Assembly (NCBI GenBank): GCA_964596065.1
Contig: CAZQSM010000004.1
Span: 6,566-70,565 of the forward strand
Origin: an uncultured Chlorobiaceae bacterium
GTDB lineage: Bacteria > Bacteroidota > Ignavibacteria > UBA10030 > SZUA-254
Reading direction: 5' to 3'
Length of the DNA: 64,000 nucleotides
A program made the translations under genes and the position numbers. Every line of letters begins with the position of its first letter. Within the stretch, counting starts at the first letter, position 1. The notes beneath the pieces are model-generated. The model was not told the origin of the DNA. It saw nothing but the letters and a program-made list of their open reading frames with translations, and did not search any database. Positions 17,455 to 26,753 of the stretch are shown here, piece by piece.

Positions 17455-18606
17455 CTATTTGAGGACATTCAGCTTCTTCACGTTGACGTATGCGCCGTAG
17501 ACGATCCGGCAGAGATAGACGCCGCTCGGGAGGCCGGCGGCGTCAAAGGTCGCCTCGTACGATCCCGGGCTCAATTCGTCGTCGACGAGCAGCGCCGCTT
17601 CCCGTCCGATCAGATCGTAGACCCTGAGGGACACGCGCCCGGTCGTCGGAATCATGAACGGGATCACCGTTGAGGGATTGAACGGGTTCGGATAGTTCTG
17701 GGAAAGGGTGAACCGCTCCGGCGCGGTCGGCGAGGTCTGCCGCACGCCGGTGGCGGCACCGACGTTCCGGCTGAGCGTCAGCGTGGAGATCTCGGCGATG
17801 CCCCCGGCGTATCCCGTGTCCGCCTGTTCCGGTGAGACGACCGTCCCGTCCCCCGTGATGAAGGTGACCTGGACCGATTTATCGCGGCCCGCGAATGAAT
17901 TTCCGGCATAATATTCATACACCTCCGTTCCGGTGGTGCGCAGGGCCGGCAGGAGGATCGTCTTCCTCGCCCCGGGGCTCGCGACCGCCTCGGGCAGGAC
18001 GATCTCCCCCCAGCCGTCGCACTCCACGGTGGTCGTCGTGACGGTAAAATCGCCCCCCGCCGAATCGGAGTAGAGGGTATCGATGCCGGTCCTGGACGTT
18101 CCGATCGTCAGCGGGAGGGGCATCACCAGGCGCATCGGGAGGTACCGTTCCACGATGATCGTGTCGATGAACGGAAGCCAGAACTGGCGGGAGTACCGTC
18201 CGAGCAGGTACAATCCGTCAGCCCGGAGGAGTGAGTAGGTAACCTGCGAAATTTCCGCGCCACTGTCGGGTTGCCAGACGTAGGGCAGACAGAGGTTCGC
18301 GTTCGGAAATTCCTCCGCGCCGGGCTGTCCGGCGGGCGCCCGGTAGGTCATCGACGCCGAATCCCTGAAATCCGGCGTGGGAAATCCGCTGAGATCGAAC
18401 GTCTGCTCCGACGGGGCGGCCTGGCCGAGATCGACCATCGGGTAGGGGAAATAGGTGGCATGGTACGACATCCGCTCGCCGTTGAGATAGATGCTCACGT
18501 CGGTCTGGTTGATGGTGATCTGGGCGTCCGCGGGTGACACGGGCAGGAGCGACGCGGCGAGGATCAGGACGACCGGTACCAATGTTCTCGTCGGCATTTC
18601 CTTCAA
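17455..18606 (-). CDS. secreted protein with T9SS C-terminal sorting domain
   Basis: Signal peptide MKEMPTRTLVPVVLILAASLLPVSPADAQ. C-terminus LSQNYPNPFNPSTVIPFMIP...SGVYLCRIVYGAYVNVKKLNVLK matches the Por_Secre_tail consensus. Confidence 0.65.
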   Translation of the reverse strand: MKEMPTRTLVPVVLILAASLLPVSPADAQITINQTDVSIYLNGERMSYHATYFPYPMVDLGQAAPSEQTFDLSGFPTPDFRDSASMTYRAPAGQPGAEEFPNANLCLPYVWQPDSGAEISQVTYSLLRADGLYLLGRYSRQFWLPFIDTIIVERYLPMRLVMPLPLTIGTSRTGIDTLYSDSAGGDFTVTTTTVECDGWGEIVLPEAVASPGARKTILLPALRTTGTEVYEYYAGNSFAGRDKSVQVTFITGDGTVVSPEQADTGYAGGIAEISTLTLSRNVGAATGVRQTSPTAPERFTLSQNYPNPFNPSTVIPFMIPTTGRVSLRVYDLIGREAALLVDDELSPGSYEATFDAAGLPSGVYLCRIVYGAYVNVKKLNVLK

Positions 18607-18712
18607 TCTACCGGATGGTGAGTCACCGCAATCACGCGCGGAGGTTCCCGCAGGGACCCGGAAGTATAGGAAAGAAGGGCGTGAAAATCAAACACCGGGA
18701 CGACGCCCCGTG

Positions 18713-19744
18713 TCAGGCGGGATATGATCCCCCCTGCGACGGGCGAGCCGCGTCGGGGGACGCGGACGCCTCCGCGACACCCGAGGGATGTTCGTGGTGG
18801 CCGTGGAGACAGTTCCGGCAGGTCGACCGCGAATCGAGGAAGGTCGTCGAGTGTTGCCAGATGTCGCGGAAATCGTACCCGGTATCGCGCAGGGTGGCGC
18901 GTTCCCCGCCGCTGCCGCCGCAGGGCCGGACCCGGCCCTCCTCGTCGATGAACGCAAACGACTTGCCGCCGAGGCAGGAATAGTCCCAGGATCCCCCGGA
19001 GTGCGCCGTCCGGCCATACCTGGAGCTGTTCGGGATGAATTTGACGCACTGGGGGGAGATGATCATCGAAGAGGGGCTGTACTCCTTCATCGTGGCGAAC
19101 CGCCCGATGAACTCGTCCACGCCGCGCCCGTTGCGCGCCCCGGCGGGGCCGCCCTGGCCGAAGCGCAGGTGGCAGTAGAGTCCGCGCACGGACCGCCGGA
19201 CAGCGTAATCGTGGAGAATCGCCAGCATCCTGATGTCGGGACGGGTGGCGGTGAAGACCACGTGCGACTCGTAACCATGCGACCCGAGACGGTCGAGCGC
19301 CGCTTCAAGCGCCGCGAACTGCGGAGCGTCTTCCAGGCGCCCGCCCTCCAGCCCGTCGGCCGGGTCACCGATCTTCACCCTGAAGATCCGCTCCCCGAAC
19401 CGGGAATATTTGACCACGATCTCCTCGGTGAGTTCCTCCGGTGCGGCCTCCACGATCATTTTGAGGCCGAGCGCCCGGCCGTAATCGAGGATCTCCATGA
19501 GCCGCGGATAGCGGTGCAGGACCCCGTCCCCCGTCAGTACGACGATCGGCTTCGCGGTCCTGGCGATCGAGTCGATCACCAGCATGCACTCGGTCGTGTT
19601 GAGCGGCTCGGCCCTCTGACCGGCGCGTTTCCCTCTCGGGGGTTCGTGGTCCAGGGGGGCGATCTGCCAGATGATGATGCGGGGAAGTTCCGGGGCCGCC
19701 GCGGTGGGACGTTTCATGCCGGCGGGGGGTGACGGATAGTCCAT
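18713..19744 (-). CDS. radical-SAM-fold / SPASM-domain homolog lacking the CxxxCxxC cluster motif
   Basis: The middle region aligns with the radical SAM core (IVVLTGDGVLHRYPRLMEILDYGRALGLKMIVE resembles the GGEPLL...region of AnSME-type enzymes). C-terminal CVKF...CLGGKSFAFIDEEGRVRPCG...CRNCLHGHH is SPASM/twitch-like. No CxxxCxxC in this or any other frame. Strong GC3 bias supports real coding. Confidence 0.5.
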   Translation of the reverse strand: MDYPSPPAGMKRPTAAAPELPRIIIWQIAPLDHEPPRGKRAGQRAEPLNTTECMLVIDSIARTAKPIVVLTGDGVLHRYPRLMEILDYGRALGLKMIVEAAPEELTEEIVVKYSRFGERIFRVKIGDPADGLEGGRLEDAPQFAALEAALDRLGSHGYESHVVFTATRPDIRMLAILHDYAVRRSVRGLYCHLRFGQGGPAGARNGRGVDEFIGRFATMKEYSPSSMIISPQCVKFIPNSSRYGRTAHSGGSWDYSCLGGKSFAFIDEEGRVRPCGGSGGERATLRDTGYDFRDIWQHSTTFLDSRSTCRNCLHGHHEHPSGVAEASASPDAARPSQGGSYPA

Positions 19745-19915
19745 GATCGGGTCCGGTCTGATTGAGATTCGTACAGACTGGAGTACCTCAATTTTTATGC
19801 CAGAATAAATCGGTCAGATCGGGCCCGATTCGCGTGGGCCGGACGGCCCCATCTCATACCTGAGATGCCCGGTTGGGTCTATGCCCCAAAAATCTGAGAT
19901 TGGAGGAGGGCCGGT

Positions 19916-21205
19916 CTACGTGAGACGAACGAGCGTGTAGGTCTTGTTTCCCTTCCGCAGGACGAGGAATTTCCCGTGCAGGCTTTCCCCCTCCCCCACG
20001 ATGTCCGACGGGGAGGCCACTCTCCTGTTATTGATGTAGATGCCGCCTCCCTCGATGGCCCTCCTCGCCTCCCCCCTCGACGCGGCGACACCCGTCGCAA
20101 CCAGGAGGTCGGTCACCGAGACGTTTCCCCCGGCGAGATCCGACCGTGGGAAACCGGAGGATGGCACATCGGAGAAGATCTCCAGCAGGAGATCCTCCGG
20201 CACGCCGGCGATTTCGGCGCCGAAGAAGATCTCCGACGCCCGGGCCGCCTGCGCGAGCCCCGTGGTTCCGTGGAGCATGGCGGTCACCTCGGAGGCGAGT
20301 TTCCGCTGCGCGGCGCGTTTTCCCGGTTCCCGTTCCAGCGAGCCGGCCAGCTCCGCGATCTCGTCGCGGGAAAGAAGGGTGAAGAATTTCAGAAAGGGAA
20401 TGACGTCCCTGTCGCCCGCGTTGAGCCAGAACTGGTAGAAGCGGTATGGCGAGGTCCTCGCGGGATCGAGCCAGACGGTGCCGGCCTCCGTCTTCCCGAA
20501 TTTTGCGCCGCCCGACGTGGTGATGAGGGGATAAACGATGCCGTGGACCTCCCTCGACCTCGTCCGCCGGATCAGGTCGATCCCCGAAACGATGTTGCCC
20601 CACTGGTCGCTCCCCCCCATCTGGAGCGTGCACGCGTGCCGGTCGAAGAGCGCGAGATAGTCGTACGACTGGAGCACCGAGTAGCTGAATTCCGTGAAGG
20701 AGATGCCCGCTTCCTTCGCGAGGCGGGATTTGACCGAATCCCGGGAGAGCATTTCGTTCACCGAGAAATGCTTCCCCACCTCACGCAGGAAGTCCATCAT
20801 CCCCAGGGACGAGAGCCAGTCGGCGTTGTTGACGATCAGCGCCGGGTTGCCCGGCCGCCTGAAATCCAGGAATTGTTCCAGCTGCCGGCGGATCCCCTCC
20901 AGGTTCTCGCGGATCTCCCCAGCCCCGATCAGGTTCCGTTCCTGCGATTTGCCGCTCGGGTCTCCGATCATGCCGGTTCCGCCGCCGGCGATGGCGATCG
21001 GAACGTGGCCGTTGCGCTGAAAGTGGACCAGACCCATGATCGGCAGGAGTGAACCGACGTGGAGGCTCGGCGCCGTCGGATCGAAGCCGATGTAGCCGGT
21101 GACCCGGCCGGAGGCGAGATGGGCCTCGACGCCCGGCGTGGCGGTGTGAATGAAGCCCCGCCAGGCGAGTTCTTTCAGGAAATTATCGTGGGACGGGCTG
21201 TTCAT
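19916..21205 (-). CDS. tyrS: tyrosine--tRNA ligase
   Basis: HIGH-type motif (PSLHVGSLLPI), KMSKS-like KFGKT, C-terminal S4 domain. Start is either ATG 21205 (MNSP..) or ATG 21223. Confidence 0.85.
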   Translation of the reverse strand: MNSPSHDNFLKELAWRGFIHTATPGVEAHLASGRVTGYIGFDPTAPSLHVGSLLPIMGLVHFQRNGHVPIAIAGGGTGMIGDPSGKSQERNLIGAGEIRENLEGIRRQLEQFLDFRRPGNPALIVNNADWLSSLGMMDFLREVGKHFSVNEMLSRDSVKSRLAKEAGISFTEFSYSVLQSYDYLALFDRHACTLQMGGSDQWGNIVSGIDLIRRTRSREVHGIVYPLITTSGGAKFGKTEAGTVWLDPARTSPYRFYQFWLNAGDRDVIPFLKFFTLLSRDEIAELAGSLEREPGKRAAQRKLASEVTAMLHGTTGLAQAARASEIFFGAEIAGVPEDLLLEIFSDVPSSGFPRSDLAGGNVSVTDLLVATGVAASRGEARRAIEGGGIYINNRRVASPSDIVGEGESLHGKFLVLRKGNKTYTLVRLT

Positions 21206-21317
21206 CGCCGACCAAAGTACCATCTTCGGCTTGAAAATGCAACAGGCGGGTTGCGCGTGTCGGGGGAATTCCGTACCATAAGCGGTTTGTCACCGACACA
21301 CGACACGGAACGATTCG

Positions 21318-21935
21318 ATGGCCTTGCTCCAGGACGAACCAACCATCTCCCGCGGAACGCTCCTGCTGGCGGGGATCCCTTCATTCATCCTCGCCGTGGC
21401 GATCTCCCTCCTCTCCCATCAGCAGGCCCACCGCCTCGGCGAGAAGAGCTTCTGCGGTGACCGGGGGGCGGCCGTCATCCCCGCGGCGTCGATGCTGAAC
21501 CTCGAGACGCCCCCGGGGGACTGCGGATTGTCGGCGCTCACGGGACAGATCTGGACCTTTGGCCTCGCGATCGTTTCGTTCGCGCTGCTCCTCCGTTTCC
21601 CGAGGAACCTCTTCCTCATGTCGATGGCATTCGTCAACGCGACCGCCCGGCTGCCGGAGGCGATCACCCTCTTCCTCCAGTACCTGATCAACAGCCAGGC
21701 CTCGCTCCGCGTCGACGAATCGGTTTCCCTCTCCCTGATGGGACTGACCGACCCGACGATCCCCACCGTGATCATGTGTTTCTATTCGATCCTCCTCCTC
21801 TTCTTCTCGATCATCGTGGTCCACGATGTCAGGGCCGTCCGGTACAAGTGGCCGATTGCCCTTGGGCTCTTCCTCGCCACCGGGTTCATCGAGAGCGGCA
21901 TCGTCCGGCTCCTCGGGCCCGGGTCCGGGGCCTGA
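21318..21935 (+). CDS. hypothetical integral membrane protein
   Basis: Five or six hydrophobic helices, no recognizable motif. The only plus-strand gene in a 20-kb minus-strand stretch. 205 aa. Confidence 0.45.
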   Translation: MALLQDEPTISRGTLLLAGIPSFILAVAISLLSHQQAHRLGEKSFCGDRGAAVIPAASMLNLETPPGDCGLSALTGQIWTFGLAIVSFALLLRFPRNLFLMSMAFVNATARLPEAITLFLQYLINSQASLRVDESVSLSLMGLTDPTIPTVIMCFYSILLLFFSIIVVHDVRAVRYKWPIALGLFLATGFIESGIVRLLGPGSGA

Positions 21936-21954
21936 GCCGGCGTCACCCGGGAGT

Positions 21955-23294
21955 TCACGACGTCCTGACGAGGTCGGCCGCCCTGTACCCGCTGATCACG
22001 GCGCCTTCGATCGTGGCTGGGAGCCCGGTATCCGTCCAGTCCCCCGCGAGATAGAACCGTTCCACCGCCGTCGCGGTCCCCGGGCGCGCGCGTTCCGTCT
22101 CCGGCGTCGCCGAGAACGTGGCCCGTTTCTCCTTGATGACCACGGAGTGGGTCACCTCCGCGCCACCGGCCGCCGGGAAGACCTCCCGAAGCTCCCGCGC
22201 GGCGGTCGCGACGAGCGCCGCCGCCGGATCGCCGATGACGTCGTACGCCGCGCTGATGACGCAGGCGACGCACGCCCCCGCCCCCTTTTCCTCCGGGAGG
22301 ATCGATCGGCGGTTGAACGCCCACTGCACCGTTTTTCCGATGAGGCCCACGAGGTCCCCCTCCATGAACTCCCTGTCGAACCAGATGTTGACCGACACGA
22401 TCGGCGAGTGGGCGATCGAGCGCGCGGCGGCCAGCAGGCCCGCCGTCCGTTCCCCTTGCGGGACGAAACCCGGGAGGGCCCACGGCGGAACGCCGGAAAT
22501 GACGGCGCCTCCCCTCAGCGTGGTCCCGTCCCTGAGGCGGATGCCGGCGGCCCGACCGTCCTCCAGGACCAGCCCCGACGCGGCGGCGTTCACCATCACG
22601 ACCGACCCGCGCGATTCGAGGAACCTGAGGGCGCCCGCGACGTAGAGTTCCGACTGCCCGATGGTCGGGATGAGCATGCGGCTGTCCGCATCGTCGCCGA
22701 GGAACGCCATCCTGAGGGCGCGGGCGAAGAGGAGCGCCGATGCGGCGCCCGGACGCTCGTTCATCACCGAGAGGGCGATCGGGTCCCAGAAGCATCTCCT
22801 GGAACGCTCGCTCTGACCCGACCCGTCGAGCCATTCCCCGACCGTGGCGCCGGCGATCGACCGTTCCTTTTCCTCCGACCAGGAGGCGAGCCATCTCCCC
22901 GCCCTGAGCAGCCCGGCTTTCTCCCCGACACCGAGAAGGCCGTAGGTCAGGATCCCTGCGGTCAGGTCGAGGGGGGCCGGGAGCCGGGGGAGGCGCAGCG
23001 TCGCGAACCCCTCCACGGGATGGTGGAACGGCAGCGTCAGCGACGGCTCGGCCCGGAGGTACCCGCCGGTCCCGATCGTCGAGAGGTAGTGGAGGAGTGA
23101 GCGATACGAACCGAGCAGGACATGCTGTCCGTTGTCGACCGTTTCGCCGGTGGTACGGTCGCGGTAGGAGTAGCATCGTCCCCCGGGCCTCGGAGACTGT
23201 TCCACGAGCGCGACGCGGCCGCCCGCCGCCGAGATCCTCACCGCGGCGGCGAGGCCGCTCAGTCCGCCGCCGACGATCACCGCGTCGTGGATCA
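21955..23294 (-). CDS. hpnE: hydroxysqualene dehydroxylase (squalene-associated FAD-dependent desaturase)
   Basis: ATG at 23294 gives MIHDAVIVGGGLSGLAAA..E, a Rossmann FAD motif. Amine-oxidase fold throughout. 4-nt overlap with hpnD. The long upstream extension in the ORF track is spurious. Confidence 0.75.
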
Positions 23295-24146
23295 TCGTCC
23301 CAGGAACCTTTCGAGCAACCCCTGCCGGAGGGCGATCCCGAGCTGGGCCGGCTTCGAAAGCCGGATGGTCCTCCCGAGGACGTCGTACCCCGAGTCCCGG
23401 ATCTTCCGGAGCGTGCCGTGGTAGACCGCTTCCATGATCCTCGCCGGGCGCATCGCCGGCAGGTCGTCGTCCGCGAGGGCGGAACGGGCCGCGGCGTAGA
23501 AGTCGTCCGCACGCGACGCCTGCGTGGCCAGCAGCCGGCGGAAGCGGTCTGAATCGCGGCGGGAGAGGATCTCCTCCTCGGTGCAGCCGGCCGCCCTGAG
23601 GTCGTCGAGCGGGATGTAGATCCGGCCCATCGCCGCGTCGGGGCCGACGTCCCTGATGATGTTGGTGAGCTGGAGCGCGATGCCAAGGTTCGAGGCGTAT
23701 GCCTCCGTTCCCGGGTTCCGGCGGCCGAAGATATCGATGCAGATGAGCCCGACGGTGGAGGCCACCAGGTGGCAATATTCCCGCAGGGCCTCGAAGGTGT
23801 CGTACCGCGCGACGGAGAGATCCATTCCCACGCCGCGAACGAGGTCGTGAAAAAGCCCCCGGGGGATCGACCAGGTCCGGGCGACGGCCGCGACATCATT
23901 CAACAGCGGTTCGGACGAACCCGCCCCGAAGGCGGCGGTCAACTCCCCGCTCCAGTGTTGCAGTCGGGCGCGTTTTCCCCCGACGTTCCCGGGTTCGTCG
24001 ACGATGTCGTCCGTCGCCCGGCAGAACGCGTAGACCGTCCCGAGCGCCCGGCGGCGGTCGGACCGGAGGAAAGGGAACGAGTAACGGAAACTGGTCCCGA
24101 CGGGCGGGGACCCTCCGGCGGCGAGGAGGCTCACGTCAGGTCCCAC
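23292..24146 (-). CDS. hpnD: presqualene diphosphate synthase
   Basis: Squalene/phytoene synthase fold with Asp-rich motifs (YAFCRATDDIVDE; NIIRDVGPDAAMGRIYIP). Confidence 0.75.
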   Translation of the reverse strand: MGPDVSLLAAGGSPPVGTSFRYSFPFLRSDRRRALGTVYAFCRATDDIVDEPGNVGGKRARLQHWSGELTAAFGAGSSEPLLNDVAAVARTWSIPRGLFHDLVRGVGMDLSVARYDTFEALREYCHLVASTVGLICIDIFGRRNPGTEAYASNLGIALQLTNIIRDVGPDAAMGRIYIPLDDLRAAGCTEEEILSRRDSDRFRRLLATQASRADDFYAAARSALADDDLPAMRPARIMEAVYHGTLRKIRDSGYDVLGRTIRLSKPAQLGIALRQGLLERFLGR

Positions 24147-25057
24147 GGTTTTTTCCTCCGTCCGGGCCGGCCAAACCGGTCGAGGTCGCGCATGAAGAAC
24201 CCCCGGAGGAGAATCCCGAGCTTCCGCCGCGTTCCCAGCGTCGGGCGGGAATCGAAGACTTCATAACCGGAACGGTCCAGCTCGCGGAGGATCGTCATCC
24301 CCCCGAGCCAGACGAGCCTCAGTTCGAGGGCGATCTCCCTCTCCGCCAGGGCGGGAAGCGCGACGCCCGCCCGGAATTTCTCCCTCGCCACCGAGACCAG
24401 CGACCGCATGAGCGCGCGGAACCGGTCGTTCACCACCCTCCCCTTCCAGTCGGCCTCGCTGTACCCGTGCCGCTCCATCTCGGCACGCGGGAGATAGAGC
24501 CGGTCGTGTCCGAGGTCGACGCCGACGTCCTGCCAGAAATTTGTCAGCTGGAGCGCGGTGCAGATTTCGTCGGAGAGGAGGGAAAGCGCTTCGTCGCGGT
24601 GGCCGAAGATGTGGAGGACGATCCGGCCGACCGGATTCGCCGAACGTGAGCAGTAGTCGAGGAGGTCCGGGAGGGTTTCGTACCGTCGCCGCACCACGTC
24701 CTGCCGGAACGCCGAGAGGAGGTCGGCGAGGTATTGCCGCGGAATGGAGTTCCTCTTCACGGTCTCGGCGAGGGCGACGAAGACCGGGTGATCGGCCTCC
24801 CCCTCGTAACACCGGTCGAGCTTGCGCTCCCAGTCGTCGAGGAGTTCCAGCCTGGCCGGCGCGGGCAGGGAGCCCTCGTCGGCGAAATCGTCGGCGCACC
24901 GGCTGAACGCGTAGATCGCCTGGACGTAGGGCCGTTTTTCCTCCGGCAGGAAGAGCGAGGCCACGGGAAAATTTTCGTAATGGGCCGCGGTCAGCCTCGC
25001 GCAATATTCGAATGCGGCGTCGGAAGCGCGGGCGTCGATCACCGTCGACGGGTCCAT
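24131..25057 (-). CDS. hpnC: hydroxysqualene synthase
   Basis: Second squalene-synthase-family paralog (YAFSRCADDFADE; NFWQDVGVDLGHDRLYLP) directly upstream of hpnD. Confidence 0.75.
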   Translation of the reverse strand: MDPSTVIDARASDAAFEYCARLTAAHYENFPVASLFLPEEKRPYVQAIYAFSRCADDFADEGSLPAPARLELLDDWERKLDRCYEGEADHPVFVALAETVKRNSIPRQYLADLLSAFRQDVVRRRYETLPDLLDYCSRSANPVGRIVLHIFGHRDEALSLLSDEICTALQLTNFWQDVGVDLGHDRLYLPRAEMERHGYSEADWKGRVVNDRFRALMRSLVSVAREKFRAGVALPALAEREIALELRLVWLGGMTILRELDRSGYEVFDSRPTLGTRRKLGILLRGFFMRDLDRFGRPGRRKKPWDLT

Positions 25058-25058
25058 C

Positions 25059-26753
25059 TCACTCCGGGAGGCGGAAGACGAACCTGCCGTCCACCATCGT
25101 GGCGCGGACTTCGGTCGAGAGGATCTCCTCCTCCGGAACGCTCAAGATGTCCTTCGACAGGACCACCAGGTCGGCGAGCTTCCCGGCCGTCAGGGAGCCC
25201 CGTTCCCGCTCCGCGAAGATGCCGTACGCGGCGTCGATCGTGTACGACCTGAGGGCTTCCCCCCTGCTCATCCGCTGATCGGGGTCGAACCCGCCCCGCG
25301 GTGTTCCATCGGGCAGCATGCGGGTGACCGAGGCGTAGAAGCATTTCAGCGGGTCGACCGGCTCGACCGGGGCGTCGGTCCCGTTGACGATCACCGCGCC
25401 CGACCGGCGGAGTTTCTCCCACGCGTACGCGCCCTCGGCGATCCTGGCCGCCCCGAGCCTCTCCGGCGCCCACGGCCTGTCCGAGGGGCAATGGACGCCC
25501 TGGACCGAGGCGATGACCCCGAGCCGTCCGAAGCGCGCGATGTCACGTTCGTCGAGGATCTGGGCGTGTTCGATGCGGAAACGAGCGGTGGCGGCCGCGG
25601 CCGGTTGCTCTGCGAACGCCTTCTCGAACGCGTCGAGCGTTTCGCGGTTGGCCCTGTCGCCGATCGCGTGGACGCAGACCTGGTATCCGGTCCGGAGGGC
25701 CCGGGCCGCGATCTGGTAGAGTTCGTCGGTCCCGAGCGTTTCGTGTCCGGTGGTTGTGGAGTCGTCGGTATACGGTTCGATCAGCCAGGCGCTCCTCGAT
25801 CCGAGCGCGCCGTCAATGGAGAGCTTGAGCGCCCGAACCGCCAGGAAGCCGCCGGGTGTGCCCGTGTCGGGCGGGGCTGTGAAGAGTTCTTCCCTCCCGC
25901 CGTCCTCCCGGCCCCCCACCATCGCGTACAATCTCATCAGGGGTTTCCCCTGTGCCGCGGCGTCCCTGTACATCGCGATCACCGAGCGCTCCGCGCCGGC
26001 GTCGACGAACGTCGTCACCCCCTTCGAAACGCATTCCGCGACGGCGATCTCATACGCCCGCCGGTCAGACTCGACGGTCGGAGGGGCGATCGCGTCAGCG
26101 ATGAGCGCCTGCGCGAGCTCCACGAAGACGCCTGTCGCGCGTCCGAGCGAGTCCCGTATGATCTCCCCCCCCGGGGGCGACGGTGTTTCGTCCGTGATAC
26201 CCGCCAGTTCCATCGCCCGGGCGTTGGCGATGCCGGCGTGGCCGCTCGCGTGCCTGAGCCATACGGGGTTGTCGGGCGATACGTTGCTCAGCGCGTCGTG
26301 GGTCTGGAACCCCTTCACCTCGGGGTCGGGCCGGCCCGCCCACTTGCTCTGGTGCCATCCGCGGCCCTGGATCCATTCACCCGGCCGCGCCGATTTCACA
26401 GCCCCGGCGACCATCCGGATCAGTCCGTCGTAGTCCCGGGTGTCCCCCAGCTCGAGTCGCTGCCGGGAATATCCGAGGCCGAGGAGATGCCCGTGGCTCT
26501 CGATGAACCCGGGGAGAACGGTGGAGCCGCGAAGGTCGACCACCTCCGTCCGATCGCCGGCCAGCGCACGGGCGCCGCTGTCGGTCCCGACGTAGACGAT
26601 CCGGTTTCCCGCGACGGCGACCGCGCTCGCGGCGGGCCTGGTTTCATCCGCGGTGTGGACGACGGCGTTGAGCAGGACCACGTCTGCCGTCTGGGCGGGC
26701 GCCTTCCCCGCGAATGCCGCGACCACCGGGATCCAGAGGAGGAGGCGGTTCAT
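25059..26753 (-). CDS. amidohydrolase-3 family metal-dependent hydrolase, secreted
   Basis: Signal peptide. GFIESHGH metal-binding His pair, HAIGDRA and the C-terminal GTDAPVEP Asp motif. 564 aa. Confidence 0.75.
   Translation of the reverse strand: MNRLLLWIPVVAAFAGKAPAQTADVVLLNAVVHTADETRPAASAVAVAGNRIVYVGTDSGARALAGDRTEVVDLRGSTVLPGFIESHGHLLGLGYSRQRLELGDTRDYDGLIRMVAGAVKSARPGEWIQGRGWHQSKWAGRPDPEVKGFQTHDALSNVSPDNPVWLRHASGHAGIANARAMELAGITDETPSPPGGEIIRDSLGRATGVFVELAQALIADAIAPPTVESDRRAYEIAVAECVSKGVTTFVDAGAERSVIAMYRDAAAQGKPLMRLYAMVGGREDGGREELFTAPPDTGTPGGFLAVRALKLSIDGALGSRSAWLIEPYTDDSTTTGHETLGTDELYQIAARALRTGYQVCVHAIGDRANRETLDAFEKAFAEQPAAAATARFRIEHAQILDERDIARFGRLGVIASVQGVHCPSDRPWAPERLGAARIAEGAYAWEKLRRSGAVIVNGTDAPVEPVDPLKCFYASVTRMLPDGTPRGGFDPDQRMSRGEALRSYTIDAAYGIFAERERGSLTAGKLADLVVLSKDILSVPEEEILSTEVRATMVDGRFVFRLPE

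Noticed and set aside
16252-17673. 473-aa plus-strand ORF antisense to the DAHP synthase gene
   Set aside because: The DAHP synthase signature motifs lie on the minus strand; the plus-frame product is Arg/Asp-rich without motifs.
21782-23899. 705-aa minus-strand ORF overlapping hpnE/hpnD
   Set aside because: The translation is Arg/Pro/Gly-rich low-complexity (RRRGRPG...), typical of an out-of-frame reading in high-GC DNA. The in-frame HpnE (FAD Rossmann start MIHDAVIVGGG) and HpnD products explain the region.
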